The position numbers and the translations under genes were made by a program. A DNA stretch of 59,555 bases, the filler included, from Blastocystis sp. subtype 4 (Eukaryota): assembly GCF_000743755.1 (NCBI RefSeq). It is 5 parts of 5 records of this genome, joined end to end, with 100 filler letters (N's around TTAATTAATTAA, not from the genome) between each part and the next. Parts side by side here need not be neighbours in the genome. Positions count along the whole stretch, not along the records: positions 1 to 11,795 come from NW_014569243.1; positions 11,896 to 23,569 come from NW_014569242.1; 3 more parts are not named here. One strand, written 5' to 3'. This document shows, piece after piece, positions 1-12,428 of the stretch (positions within the stretch are counted from its first letter, which is position 1; every line of letters starts with the position of its first letter). The notes under the pieces were generated by a model. That model was given only the letters and a program-made list of their open reading frames with translations, did no database searches and had not been told where the DNA came from.

Positions 1-854
1 AACAAAAGAGCAAGAAGTCGAGAAACAGCTAACGAGAAGACAAAGTGAGAAGTAAAAGACTCAATCTCACCCTTCTACAACTCATCTATAATCAGAAATA
101 CAACTCGAGAACGAGAGAATAAAAGGAGTTGAGGATAGATTGCAAAAGCTTCTACATAGTGTGAGAAACTCCACAGAATATCCAGAATAGGTTGTTGTGA
201 CAAACCAGGATGAACCAACTATACTAAATAGAGAAAGAAATAACTACAAGGGCATAACCAAAGAGAAGTACTAGAAAGAAAGAGATTGATTTGAAGGCAG
301 TTGAAGGATTATGACCTGCAAAAGGATCCTTCAAATCAAATAAAACTTGTAGTAACTACGATATATGAATAATAAGTAAAACGAAAAGAACGATAAGCAG
401 CTAAGAGACTGATAATAGCAACTGCTCCAAGAGTTTCTGTTCCTCGATATATCCAATCACCTGAACGATCATAAGGAAGATATGCATCTGAGAATAAAAC
501 TGTTATAAGACGAGGAAAGACAACAAATGAATAAAGAAGAAGAGATTTAAGAGATAATCCTTCAAGAGAATGAGAAGTAATCACTTTGTATAGAACAAGA
601 AGAAATCCAAATGTTCCAATAGCAGAACTGAGTGTCTATAACTAAAGAAAGACTAGAAAGAAAACAAGTAAGAATGAAAAGTCTCCATCAGATAAGAAAT
701 GGTATACAAATAGAATGAATAAGATAAATGAAGTCCATATGATAACTGAACGATGATCTCGTCTAAACGAATTCTTCAAATAGTTGAATTGATGAGAATT
801 GAAAGGAAGGAAATGATTGATTACTTCCAATCGTGATGCTCTCACTGGAGTCAT
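1..854 (-). CDS. ERD2: ER lumen protein-retaining (KDEL/HDEL) receptor family protein, multi-exon, 3' end runs off the window
   Basis: Spliced exons give LSDGDFSFLL, SLEGLSLKS and DILWSFSHYVEAFAIYPQL, matching the ERD2 WxFSxYxEAxAIxPQL signature; several hydrophobic TM segments. Confidence 0.8.
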
Positions 855-995
855 AGGGTTGATATGGAAAAGACAGTCTATATCCCTAGGGATATCAAAT
901 CAATCCATATTCACTTCAAACAAACAAATCAAAAGATAAGAGGATTCAGTTAATACTCTTTACTCACCACTCTTCTTCACTTTCATTTGAAGATT

Positions 996-1346
996 TCACA
1001 ATTTCAATAGATGACCAACTTCAATAACTCGATCCTCTTTATTCCAATCCTCTTCAGAATACACAGAAGAAGAAGACCCAGTTGAAGTGGAATACTCATC
1101 AAGAGCAGAAGAATACTCTTCAAGATTCGAATATTCTTCACAATTAGAAGAATAATCTTCACAAGTCAAGGAATAAGCACTACCAGTAGAATACTCTTCA
1201 GGATTAGTTGAATATTCTTCAATACTATTTGAATAATCATCAGAATAATCATCAGAGTACTCTTCAGAAGACTCACCAAACTCAGAACCTTCACTTTCAT
1301 ATTCAGAATAATCATCATCAGAATAATCATATCTATCACTATCCAT
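996..1346 (-). CDS. Small acidic low-complexity protein with repeated (E/D)(E/D)YS motifs; 3' end uncertain
   Basis: ATG at 1346 gives MDSDRYDYSDDDYSEYESE...EEYS; TGTTTGTT on minus strand near 918-925. Confidence 0.45.
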   Translation of the reverse strand: MDSDRYDYSDDDYSEYESEGSEFGESSEEYSDDYSDDYSNSIEEYSTNPEEYSTGSAYSLTCEDYSSNCEEYSNLEEYSSALDEYSTSTGSSSSVYSEEDWNKEDRVIEVGHLLKL

Positions 1347-1375
1347 ATTTGATTCAATTGAAGTCAAACTACAAC

Positions 1376-1847
1376 TCACACACAACAAAACAAGAAGCAC
1401 GAATTCAATTCATTCAATGTATTATCCACACCAACAATATTTGAATGAACAAATCGTTTACGCATCTTCTCCACATACACTCGATTCTCAACTGCAATCT
1501 GTTCTAAACGATTCAATTTTGCCACTAATACATCATACAATATCATTCATATTCATACTTCGACGAACTGCAACTACTTCTTCACTTACCAACTTTCTAT
1601 ACTCTTCAGAAAACCAATGATTGTTCAATAGAATCATCTCCTTATCAACATCATTATCATTTAACAAACTGACACACTTACTCACTTCTCTACTTATCAA
1701 ACAAATATCATTTTCATACTCACTTTGTTTATCACAATATATAGATAATGATGGATTTGATATAAGAGAAGAAAGAGAAATGGAACTGGATCCATAAGAA
1801 GCAGTAAGTCCTTTCTGAACAGTAGAATCATGTATTATTTGACTCAT
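1376..1847 (-). CDS. Hypothetical protein, probably two exons
   Basis: MSQIIHDSTVQKG... open frame, then a probable short intron to LAKLNRLEQIAVENRVY...; splice junction not resolved, no family recognised. Confidence 0.35.
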
Positions 1848-1930
1848 ACTGTGAATAATGTGTATATAGATAGAAATGAGAATGAATTGAATGAATATTG
1901 ATATATGTGAATGTATAATAAATAATAGAT

Positions 1931-2003
1931 GCCTCAATAGCTCAGTCGGTAGAGCACTCGCTTAGTAAGCGAAAGGTCGAGAGTTCGATCCTCCCTTGAG
2001 GCT
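1931..2003 (+). tRNA. tRNA-Thr (anticodon AGT)
   Basis: Acceptor stem GCCTCAA/TTGAGGC, D arm GCTC-AGTCGGTA-GAGC, anticodon loop TT-AGT-AA, T loop TTCGATC; 73 nt; T-rich tract downstream. Confidence 0.93.
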
Positions 2004-2199
2004 TTCTTATTTCTTTCTCTTTCTTACTTCTTTCCATTTTCTCATTCAAATCTCACTTCTTTCACATTCTTTCATTTATTAATATTCATTATTATTATTC
2101 TTATTAAACGTGGAAACAGAGAATTCAACGAAATATTACTGATTTCTGTCAATCTGATTTGATCATTCACTACAAATCACTCTTATCTTATACGATAGA

Positions 2200-3224
2200 A
2201 TGGTTGATACCAAATCATTTCCCAAATGGGTAGAAATCTCTTCTACATTTCATTCATAGTCTAGTTATGTTCTAGGTGGTTGTGCTGGAATTCTTGCAAC
2301 TACATGTGTTCAACCTCTTGATCTAGTGAAGACCAGAATGCAATTGAGGTAGAGATTATTGAAATGGTTGAAGGAAAGTGGAGAAGGTTCTGGTCAAAAG
2401 TTGTATTCAAGTAGTTGGGATGCTATCAAGAAGATCACAAAGAATGAAGGATTCTTCAAGTTATATCGAGGGTTTGTTGTATTAAGAAGAGTAAGAAGGT
2501 AGATATACTGCTGCTGTTCTTCGTCAAATCACTTATACAACAACTCGAATGGGAGTGTATGCGAGTTGTCTAAACTATGTGAAGAGTAAACATGAAGGAA
2601 AAGTCAACTTTGGTGAAAAGATGTTATGTGGAATGATTGGAGGTGCTTGTGGTGCTGTAGTAGGAAATCCAGCTGAAATCACTTTGATTCGTACTTCAGC
2701 TGATAATCGTCTTCCTCCAGAACAACGTCGTGGATACACTAACTGTATTCAAGCAATCTATCGTATCTGTAAAGAAGAAGGAGTGGCTATGTTATGGAAG
2801 GGAACTTCAGCAACAGTAGTTCGTGCTATGGTATTGAATGCTGCTCAATTGGGAGGTTATTCACAAGCTAAAGAGTTGTATAAAGACAAATGGCATTTGT
2901 TTAAGAATGATGGATTGAGTCTTCATATTGCTGCTTCATTGACTTCAGGTTTGTTCTGTACGATTGTATCTCTTCCTGTTGATATTGTAAAGACTCGTCT
3001 TCAAATGATGAAGTGAGAATAAGAGGAATGAATGATGAATAGAAATGGTGAGTATTCTGGTTGTGTTGATTGTGTGACTAAGTTGATTCGTTCTGAAGGA
3101 TTCTTTGCTTTGTGGAAAGGTTTCACTCCTTACTTCTTCCGTTTGGGTCCTCATACCATTCTCACATTTGTATTCCTTGAACAGTTGAACAAACTCTTTG
3201 CCAAGTACTACATGAAACAGAACT
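2200..3224 (+). CDS. SLC25A11: Mitochondrial carrier, 2-oxoglutarate/malate carrier type; 4 introns; stop predicted to be completed by poly(A) (T3224+AA)
   Basis: Three carrier signatures (PLDLVKTRMQ, PAEITLIR, PVDIVKTRLQ), RQITYTTTRMG, RAMVLNAAQL, RLGPHT; 30-nt introns at 2230-2259 and 2349-2378; in-frame T followed by 4 nt and TGTTTCTT at 3229. Confidence 0.9.
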
Positions 3225-3257
3225 CATTTGTTTCTTTCAAACACTTCACCCACATTT

Positions 3258-5652
3258 CTATTCATTTGTTTGTTTCACTTTCCGAGCTTCTTGTTGTTTC
3301 TACAATCATATTCATTCAAACAATCTTACTCGATGATACAGTCTCTGACGTTCTTTCTTTGTCAAATGCTTTTCTTCTTCCTTCTCTTCCTCTTTCGCTT
3401 CTTCTTCCTTCTCTTCTTCTTCTTCTTCACTACTCTCCCAACCATCTTCTTCTTCCACATTCAACATCTATTCATCATTCTTCTTTCTCATCTTCACATC
3501 CATCAAACCTTTCTCCTTATCCAATTCCAGATCCTTCTTATTGATCTCCACCTTCGGTTTCTGTGATTCTGGTTTCACTCTCATACTCACTGGTACTGTG
3601 AAATCCAAACCAATATATCCAGGACAGAAGAAGTGGAGATGGAACATCATCAATCCTTCTTTGTCAGGTACAATTGGGAATCCTCTCACTTCTGTGAACA
3701 TTTCACTTGATGTTACCACAATTGCATCCAGAGCTGATTTGTCTTCTCGATCTGATAACACAACAATCCAATGTTCATGAATACGATATGGGAATCTATC
3801 TCTCACTCTCTCTTCATTTCAAGTACCGCTGAGAATATACTATGTCCTTCTCTAGTTTCAATTCAGAGACTGACATCTCACGTAGTTCTTCAACACTTAA
3901 GGCCATCTTATCATTCTTCTCCTCCTTCACCTCCTTCATCTCTTCCTCCTCACTTTCACTCTCTTTGTCTGTTTCACCTTTCATTACTTCTTCAACTGAT
4001 ACTCCCTCAGGCAATTGATTCTTATGAACAATCTTCATCATACATGTCACTCGATCTCCCACAAAGATATCTTCTTCATCTTCTACTTCCAATTTAGCCT
4101 ACTCTCAATGCATCTCATCATTCTCACTTGTACTTCCAACACAGGCAGATGTTTCACCACTTGCTTCACTTCTTCCATTTCCTCATTCAACAAATGTTTC
4201 ATTCCCTTCCACTTGCTTGGATCTGTTTGAATGAAATCTTTCAAATCATTCACACGATTTCGTGATCGATTTGCATTTGCCTCCTATCTCTCATATCATC
4301 TCTCAATACTCACTCGATCACCAATATGAGGCAACTGTTTCAATAGTGAATCTTCAATCCACAATCCCTGATACACATATTGTTCGAAATGAATCACAGT
4401 TGATACCAGAGCCAAACTTGGATACTTCCCACGAATACGAGGAACCATTGCCAAACCCAACATTTCTTGCATCAGCTCTGGAGCCTTTGAGAGAATCACT
4501 TCTTGATCTCGACGATGAATTGGATTCACTTCCAGATTGTTCAAGTATGCATGAAGAAGGATATTCGTTTTCAACCATGCTCCTAACTTCGCATCTTCCT
4601 TTGCTTTCTCTACAGGTACCTACTTATCATTCTCATCTCCTTCACTTACACGAGGTCGACGCATCTTTGATGATGCAAATGAGTTCTTTGGACACAGAAT
4701 ATTCATGTACACAAGAAGATCATCATCATAACTCTGAGGTTTCATCACATCCAACAGTTCTTCAGCCACAGAGAAGATCTCAGGAACACTTCTATCATCA
4801 TCAAACATACTCAGCATGCTTACTGAAGTGGCGTACTTTCATTCATTGCATGATAATATGAACCAATTGTCTCTTCTTTGATCTTTGGCTTATCCTTCTT
4901 TGAACTACGAGACTTTCTATTCCTTATCAGTATCATTCATTCATACAAACAATAGACTAACAGAGGAATTCCAGCAACCATCAAAATCAGATAACCAATC
5001 ACCACAATTCGACTTCCTGCCTTCTCTGACATCCATTCTGGAAGAGCAATACCAACCTATTCATCATCCTATTCACAAATACAATACTTTCACAGCAGAA
5101 GGACCATCAGGATTACCATAACGCTCATAATTTGAACGAGCCAACTCATCTGTTAGAATACGATAAGCCTTTTCCACATCACGGAACTTCTCTACACTTC
5201 CAGTTGGTTTATCAGGATGATATCTCATCATTAGTATCTCTACCAACACTTACAATTTTGCCATTCTACGATATGCACTCTTTATCATCTTATCATTTGC
5301 TCCAACAGTAATACCAAGGACACTATAAGGATCAAACAGTTCTGGCTCTTCAGCTGTTGTCAGTACACACAAACGAACAACAACAATAATCGAAAGAATA
5401 ACTAGAACTAGATTAATCCAAAATCCAGTAGTAAGTGGACTTTCTACTACTGCTTCTTCAACTTCTACGAGTTGTTTCTTCTTCTCCTTCTTCTAATATA
5501 ATCATTCATTCTATATTGATTCATACAATAGGTTCCTTCCTTATTACACGCTTAATACGGCTGTATAAGAAGAAAGAAGCAATAAGGATATAAATGCTAA
5601 GTATTGCAATTACAAATATCATAAAAGCATTTGTATCATATTCTTCTGTCAT
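3258..5652 (-). CDS. SEC63: Translocation protein Sec63 (TM segments, J domain, Sec63/Brl domain, acidic tail), multi-exon
   Basis: FDPYSVLGI...YHPDK J domain, NYERYGNPDGP, KTNILLHAYL, LLKQLPHI, PGYIGLD, acidic C-terminus; TAG at 3260-3258. Confidence 0.92.
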
Positions 5653-6124
5653 GATCGTTTGTATTAGTTGAGATATTGATTGAAATGTGATTGACAGAAA
5701 TGAACTGAATTTGTTGTATTCCAGATTTGTTTACTAATGACTCATTCTGAATCAACACTATTGAGGGAATCATATTCATATTGGAGACTCTAATTGGTAT
5801 TCATAAGGCTATTGAGACGAAGGTTTGTCATCACCAATGAATCATTGTCAAGTAGCTAGAAGACTAATGATATTCATCTTTTCTGTTGTATTTTTACACT
5901 TTTCGTACTCCCTGATTTGTGCTTTCTCTGTTTCCCTCAGCTCAATTTGCTACAATTTGACAGATCTTTTACATCAATTTTTATCGATTATTGACATCAT
6001 CTGTCTTGAATGAGGAGTTCTATGTTCTATTTGTTCTCTCCCATTTGATTGGTGCACGAAATATTTGAGTGGAAACGGAGTACTCATAGAAAGCGATCAC
6101 ATTTTTCGTTTGAGGGTTAGTAAT

Positions 6125-7470
6125 ATGCTTTCTTGCGGTAGACATTACGATGTTGATAGTAACGTGTAGTTCGTGCCATTCCAAAAGCTTCTGTTGTTCG
6201 ATGTTTTTCTGCATCGCCCTTTGCTAACGTAAGAATGTATTGTAGTAATCCCACTTAGGTAACTCGTCCTAAGCCTGATCCAATTTTCTTCTTGGGTGAG
6301 CAGTTCGATGCTGATCCTGATCCTAGAAAGGTCATTCTTGGTGTAGGTGCTTATCGTGATGAGAATGGAAAGGTACTTTTCTTGTTATTGTTGCTTATAT
6401 AGCCTTACGTTCTTCCTTGTGTAAGAGAAGCTGAGAAGAGACTTTGTTGTACTCAGGATCATGAGTATCCTTCTCTGATTGGTATTCCTGCTTTCTATGA
6501 TGCTGCCTGCAAGTTTGCTTGGGGTGATAAGCTTTATAATGAGAAGAAGGATGTGATTGCCAATGCTCAAGCTATTTCTGGTTCTGGTTCCCTCCGTCTT
6601 CTTGCTCAGTTCCTTAAGAACTGCAATATCACTGGCAAGGTCAATTTCCCTAACCCTACTTGGACCAATCAACACACCATTTTCCGCAATGCTGGTATGC
6701 CAACGGGTGACTACACTTATCTGTCTACTGAGTCTCCCGTGCTGGATTTCAAGGGCATGATGGATGATATCAACAAGGCAGATGATCACTCCTGCTTCGT
6801 GTTCCATGCCTGTGCCCATAATCCTACTGGTGTGGATCCTTCTCATGAACAGTGGGATGAGATTTCTGAGCTCTGCAAGAAGAAGAACCATATTGTTCTT
6901 TTCGATGCTGCTTATCTTGGCTATTGCTCTGGTTCTGTTGCTTACGATGCTTATGCCTTCCGTAAGTTCGTTGAGGATGGTCATAATGTTGCTTTGACTC
7001 TTTCTTTCTCTAAGAACTTCGGTCTTTATGGAGAGCGTGCTGGAATTGTGTCCATCGTGACTGGTTCTCCTAAGGAGAGAGAGAATGTTGTGGAGCAGCT
7101 TAAGATTGGTGCTCGTGCTCTCTGGTCGTGCCCTCCTCTGTATGGAGCTCGTATTGTTACTACTGTTCTGAATGATCCTGTGTTGTTCAAGCAGTGGGAG
7201 GGTGAGTGCGCTGCTATGTCTCAGAGAATCAAGGACATGCGTGCTTTGCTGGTCGAGAACCTCAAGAAGTGTGGTTCAAAGCGTGACTGGTCTCACATTG
7301 TGAAGCAGAGTGGTATGTTCTCGTACACTGGTCTTACTGTGCCTCAGATTGAAAGACTGCGTACTGAATTCCATGTCTACATTCTGCCCTCTTCTCGTGC
7401 CTCTGTGGCAGCTATCAACCCCCATAATGTAGAGTATATTGCTAAGGCTATGCACGAAGTTACTAAGTAA
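6125..7470 (+). CDS. GOT2: Aspartate aminotransferase with an N-terminal mitochondrial/MRO presequence; 3 introns
   Basis: Spliced N-terminus MLSCVRAIPKASVVRCFSA; LGVGAYRDENGKP, HACAHNPTG, PLP-lysine motif SFSKNFGLYGERAG, QSGMFSYTGL. Confidence 0.95.
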
Positions 7471-7520
7471 GTGTTCGAACGCTTTGTGTTTCTTTCTAAA
7501 CACGTTCATAGAGTACATGG

Positions 7521-8876
7521 TCATATGGCAATGTCAGGAGTGAATCCTGTCATCTTCTCAAGATTCACTAAACGTGTTTTTAGTTCGTAGACCTCTTGTT
7601 GAAGTTGTGAAATTACCTGTGTTGTTTGCTCATCAGCTCCTGATTTGGATTCATCTGTTTCATTCATTCCCCGCTCCAAAAGGTCTTCGAAATAATTGTA
7701 CATTTGAACTGCCATTTCAAATTTCTCATCTCCAAGCTTTTTACGAATCTTAATGAAGTCTTCTGTTCCTGTTAAACCCTATATCAAACTCATCGCCTAG
7801 TAATACTTGAAAAGGATTTTTGAAAAACACCACGCTCTGTTCATGGGAACTCACTCTCAATCTATCGGATAGAGATTTCAACATCTTTATCGCAGTACAA
7901 CGTTTGATCTGTTTCCTTACATACTTTCTCTTCGTATATCCACAATCGACATCTTCGCCATCTATCCATCACATTACTCACTTCCTTCTACCTGGGCCCT
8001 TTTTCCTAGTTCGATGTTCCAATTTGCGTCGCATTCTTCTTTCATAGACTTGATACTCCGCTGGACGCAGTACCCATTTTTCATTGATACGACGGAAGAT
8101 TCCTGTTGAATAGAGGGCTCCACTCACCGCTTTTGACCGATCACCTTTGTACTTTGTTCCATCTGCCTTTCGCAGATTATCAAAGGAATCACCAATACGA
8201 TTCAGAATCTCATCCATATGAAGAGGCTCTTTGGCATTTTCTACGCTATTAATATTCGTTGGAACTCTTACGAAGCACATCCACAATACGACCCACAAGT
8301 GTATTATCAAGTCTTTTTTTACCTTCATCTGTCTACACATTATTGTAAAAACAAAAATATACAGCATCTATCACCTCTTTCAACTCAGTTTCAGGGAGGT
8401 GAGTTGTACCTTCTCCATCCAACCGTTGATTTCCATAGGGTAGTATGACATTTGGAATTGTGCTCGCTTCCAATGAAGAGTACATACCAGTCATCTCGTC
8501 AACTATTTCATTGCCTAATCCTTCTTGTGTATTTGCTTGATCATGATTGTTCTAAATCACACCGATGGCCTATTCCTACAGTCATTAGCGAGGGAAGAAC
8601 AACTCGAGATTCCTGTGGAATTGCTACCACATTGTGTGACTGTGATTCTCTCTACACTCAGAAAGGAAAGAAAAGACAACCATTCCATCGCTAACCAACG
8701 CCTGATTCTCGTTTGATGCTGCTTCTACGAGGTTATCAAAAAGAAGAATAGAAAGAACCATCAGTATGCTGCGGAACCTCTAATGGTGTCGAAAACACTC
8801 CCTATGCTATCAGATAGGCTCTGAAATACTCTACGGCATTAGAACTGTTGTTCTTTTCACCAAATGGATTCTCCAT
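7521..8876 (-). CDS. Multi-exon hypothetical nuclear protein with a possible HARE-HTH-like winged helix and C-terminal coiled coil
   Basis: EPLHMDEILNRI...AVSGALYSTGIFRRINEKWVLR, basic RRKLEHRTRKK, coiled coil QLQQEVYELKTRLVNLE; exon structure only partly resolved. Confidence 0.45.
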
Positions 8877-9076
8877 GAGGTTCCTTCCACTAGAGTAGGA
8901 TTTGAATTAATAGGGAAATTGACGAATATAGGCCCTATTTTTTGACAATATTGGAAACGATATTGCCATGGATCTGTGTGTAAGTATTAGTATTGATGAT
9001 CTAAACAGGATAAAAGAGTGGTAATATAAGTAATGACGTGCAATATCAGACAAACAAAAGAACAACCTGTTAAGTT

Positions 9077-11579
9077 CTAAATATCGGAAAACGGGATTGG
9101 CACATCGAGGTCCGCTCTACAGGTAAGATTTGATATCCTTGTTTACCTAAAGTTACCGCAGTTATTCACTTGTTCATTTTCCATTCGGAAAATGTTCCAT
9201 ATTCCTCTTCGAATCACTTCAAGTGATCCAAATACCAGATATATCACATCCTCATCCATTTTGTGTACCTGAATAATAAAAGTTCACGAATCCTACTAGT
9301 AACAATTTCGGAATCCAAATGAATCGTAGAATAACGTTGATCCAGATACAAACGTGATAGCAGAGAGGGTGTGAAATCAGCGTTTTCTTTCTCAAAAGGA
9401 ACCAAGGAGAGTGAATATCTTTATTTCGAAACAATCCTACAAGATCAAAGATGATTCGATCAGTTACCCCAATCTTCGTGAATATCCCAGTACAATGCAT
9501 AGAGACTGTAAACAGTCTGAGCAATAAAGAAAGGAATAGGAAATTGAATTAAACAGCAGGAGATAATGGAGAGCAAGTATTTGATTCCGTTGTAGATATT
9601 TGGATACATAAGTCTGTACTAATGAGTCAATCCATACATTACTTGGTATCTCTATATCTTCGTAAGTTCTGAACTAATCGAATGAATTGAGGTAGGATCA
9701 AAGAAGTATATCGAAGAATGAGAACTGTTTTCTCTGGGAGCTTCACATAGATGTCATTAAAGTTGATAAATGAGCGTGTGATAATACTAGCAATGACATG
9801 AATCAAATCGTATATGGTTTGAGTATGGGATGTGAGCTTCAAGTCAAGTTGAATTCGATAAACTACCTGATCACCCAGAAAGAAATCAGGAAACCGTACA
9901 AAATAGAATGGAACAAAGAAGAGAGTAATGCAATGGCGAAGCATGTACCAACGGTATTTGTATTTCTGTATGTCATTATTTTGTTCTCGCTTACTTCACC
10001 TGGAAGAGGCATAATTGTGAGTATCAAGATGATTGTTGTAATAGGACCAATAAGTGAGATTTGAAAATGAGATAGAACTCGCTCAACAAACGAATAGTAA
10101 TACCATAGATTGATGAGGAGAAGGATGAATAATGTATAACCTAGAATAGAAGAATATTAATTGTTTTACTCGAAGCAAGACGGAATTGATCTAATGCATG
10201 TAAGAGATAGGGCTTGTATTTACCAAAGATGAATTCATAATTGATTCGATATCGTTGAAATACATAGACATCCATTCCCCAAAGCCATAATTGTAACATG
10301 AAACTGACTTGGAGTCGGAGATAACACCATAATGACTTCATTTGAATCTTGGTAAGGAAGATGGGATGCTAGCTGTTAGAACGAGAATGATGCTACTGAA
10401 TGTAGATTGAACAACAAAACAACTAGTAGGACGATCGATGCACCCGTCTATGTAATCACCTTGTGTAATTTCTACATTAAAACCGATTGCAAACCCATTG
10501 GATACAGGTCGTTTGTTCTCAAGACTCTTCAGATCATTCATTGTTTTGGATGGAGATCCAACAATAAACTATATATTACTGAAGTTTGGCATTTACCATT
10601 CTCCACAGATTCTCAATACGCTGTTGCTGACTTGACAGATCACGTTGCTTAAAGAAGCTGAGATGATTCACAGCATTGTTGACGGTTCCTCTACTGTCAA
10701 AGTAGCTGTTCTTGTCATGTTTTTTCAAGATCTTGTCAATAGCTTGCTTATTCAACATGCAGTAGTTCTTCAAGTAACCCGTCATTCGATACAATTCCTT
10801 ATTTTCATCATTTTCTATCGTATCTACTTTTAATCCAAACTCCAGTTGACGATATGTCTGACTCTGACTCATTGAGCTGATCCTCCTTAACTCACAGAAG
10901 TGTTCTATTTGTTTCTCATACTTTGCAATCTTGTCACGATACTCATTGAGCTTTGCTATATACCAAGTGTTCACCATATCGATATTATCAGTCAGTAAGG
11001 TGTAGAAGGCCTGTTCACGCGCAACTATTGTACCCTACTGATTATTCCTCTCCGATGACCACACATTTCCCTTAGGAATCATGAACTGGAAAAGAATATG
11101 ACCTTGTTCATCCTCCCACTGTTCCTATGATAAACATAATATATATTCCACACTGCAGGATCCGCTAACTCAACTACAAGACCAGCAGATATTGAAGATG
11201 TCGACGTTGAGTAATAACTATGTGAGCCTATATAAAATGAACAACGGATTCACTACTTAGAAGAGAATCTTCTAAGTCACTCCCATCATGAGATAGGAGT
11301 TCGACAACATCGCTGCTGTCTATCTTTCGAAAGTTCTCTTGACTTTCAATATCGTCGTAGAAAGATAAAATTCGCCTGGAAGAATAATCCATTGGGTCTT
11401 CTGCTGGATCTGATACTCACTCTTCTTCCAACCAATTCAACTTTTTATTTTAAGAGAGTCAATGATTTTCTTCAGTTCTTCATACTCAATGAACTAAGTC
11501 AAAGATCATCTCTTATCTGTACCTTGTCCCTCCACTCAGGAACAATATTATTGAGCAAGTAATTTCCGAATTCCACCAT
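9077..11579 (-). CDS. XPR1: SPX-EXS phosphate exporter (XPR1/PHO1/SYG1 family), multi-exon
   Basis: SPX motifs [16 protein letters not shown]...YEELKK and [18 protein letters not shown] motifs [44 protein letters not shown]. Confidence 0.93.
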
Positions 11580-11624
11580 ATCGAGATGATCGGCTACAGA
11601 AGGTGGTCAAAAGCTGACTGTAGG

Positions 11625-11639
11625 AAATCACGGGAATTT
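11625..11639. promoter_or_regulatory. Candidate promoter element AAATCACGGGAATTT
   Basis: About 50 nt upstream of the XPR1 ATG; the same 15-mer occurs inverted at 12057-12071 and the core recurs at 18091 and 43031. Confidence 0.5.
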
Positions 11640-11795
11640 CTAGAAAATTGAAAACGGAAGATTCTCTTGAATCATCATTCTCAGTCTATGGCTAAGATGC
11701 GATTATCATCTCAGGAATCAAATAAAGAATGTCATGTTCATTCTACTAAAGACATTGAAGAAATGTGTTCTCTTTCTTCAAAAAAAACAACTCAA

Positions 11796-11895
11796 NNNNN
11801 NNNNNNNNNNNNNNNNNNNNNNNNNNNNNNNNNNNNNNNTTAATTAATTAANNNNNNNNNNNNNNNNNNNNNNNNNNNNNNNNNNNNNNNNNNNN
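11796..11895. other. Artificial contig spacer (44 N + TTAATTAATTAA + 44 N)
   Basis: Six-frame-stop linker at 11840-11851. Confidence 0.97.
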
Positions 11896-11977
11896 TAAGA
11901 ACCTTCGAAATAGGACGGAAGTTCTCAGCCATAACAACAGAAATTAGAGCAAGAATGAGTACAATAGACACTTTCAT
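11896..11977 (-). CDS. 5' fragment of a secreted protein (signal peptide only), cut by the contig end
   Basis: MKVSIVLILALISVVMA-ENFRPISKVL looks like a typical signal peptide. Confidence 0.55.
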
Positions 11978-12428
11978 TATCAAATGACTACAAAAGAAAT
12001 ATTGATGAACATCAGGGGATTATCCACGGCATTTCCTTGTATTGGTGATCATTTTAAAATTCCCGTGATTTTCGCCTCATTATATATTTTATCCAATCAT
12101 TCCATGAATTAGTCTTTTGTTCTCCAATAATAACCATCGAGTAAAGGAGTCCCAATCCAGGGGGTAGAATTCCATCGGCAATCATTCCCTCCTAGATTAT
12201 AGTGAATCGTCCCCATAACTGTGTTCCTATACTATTTACTAAAGGTGGATAGTTTGTATGGAAATGGGAGTATTAAAGGGTTGGTATTCAAATGGAACCA
12301 CCAAAAGAGTTTGCGAAAAGATCTTCACTAGGATCTACGTCCACAAGCACAGAAGTACTAGTTATTGTTTCTATGGCCATAAAGATACACGAGAAAGTTT
12401 CCTTTTCATTTCCACATAAATGCTTTGC

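Noticed and set aside
3225..3544. Hydrophobic C-terminal extension of the carrier in ORF 3032-3544
   Set aside because: It is the antisense of the SEC63 acidic tail. The perfect TGTTTGTT at 3267 would not give an in-frame stop, so the variant at 3229 is preferred, though alternative use is not excluded
6385..6984. 199-aa minus-strand ORF overlapping GOT2
   Set aside because: Antisense frame of a codon-biased gene; no recognisable motifs
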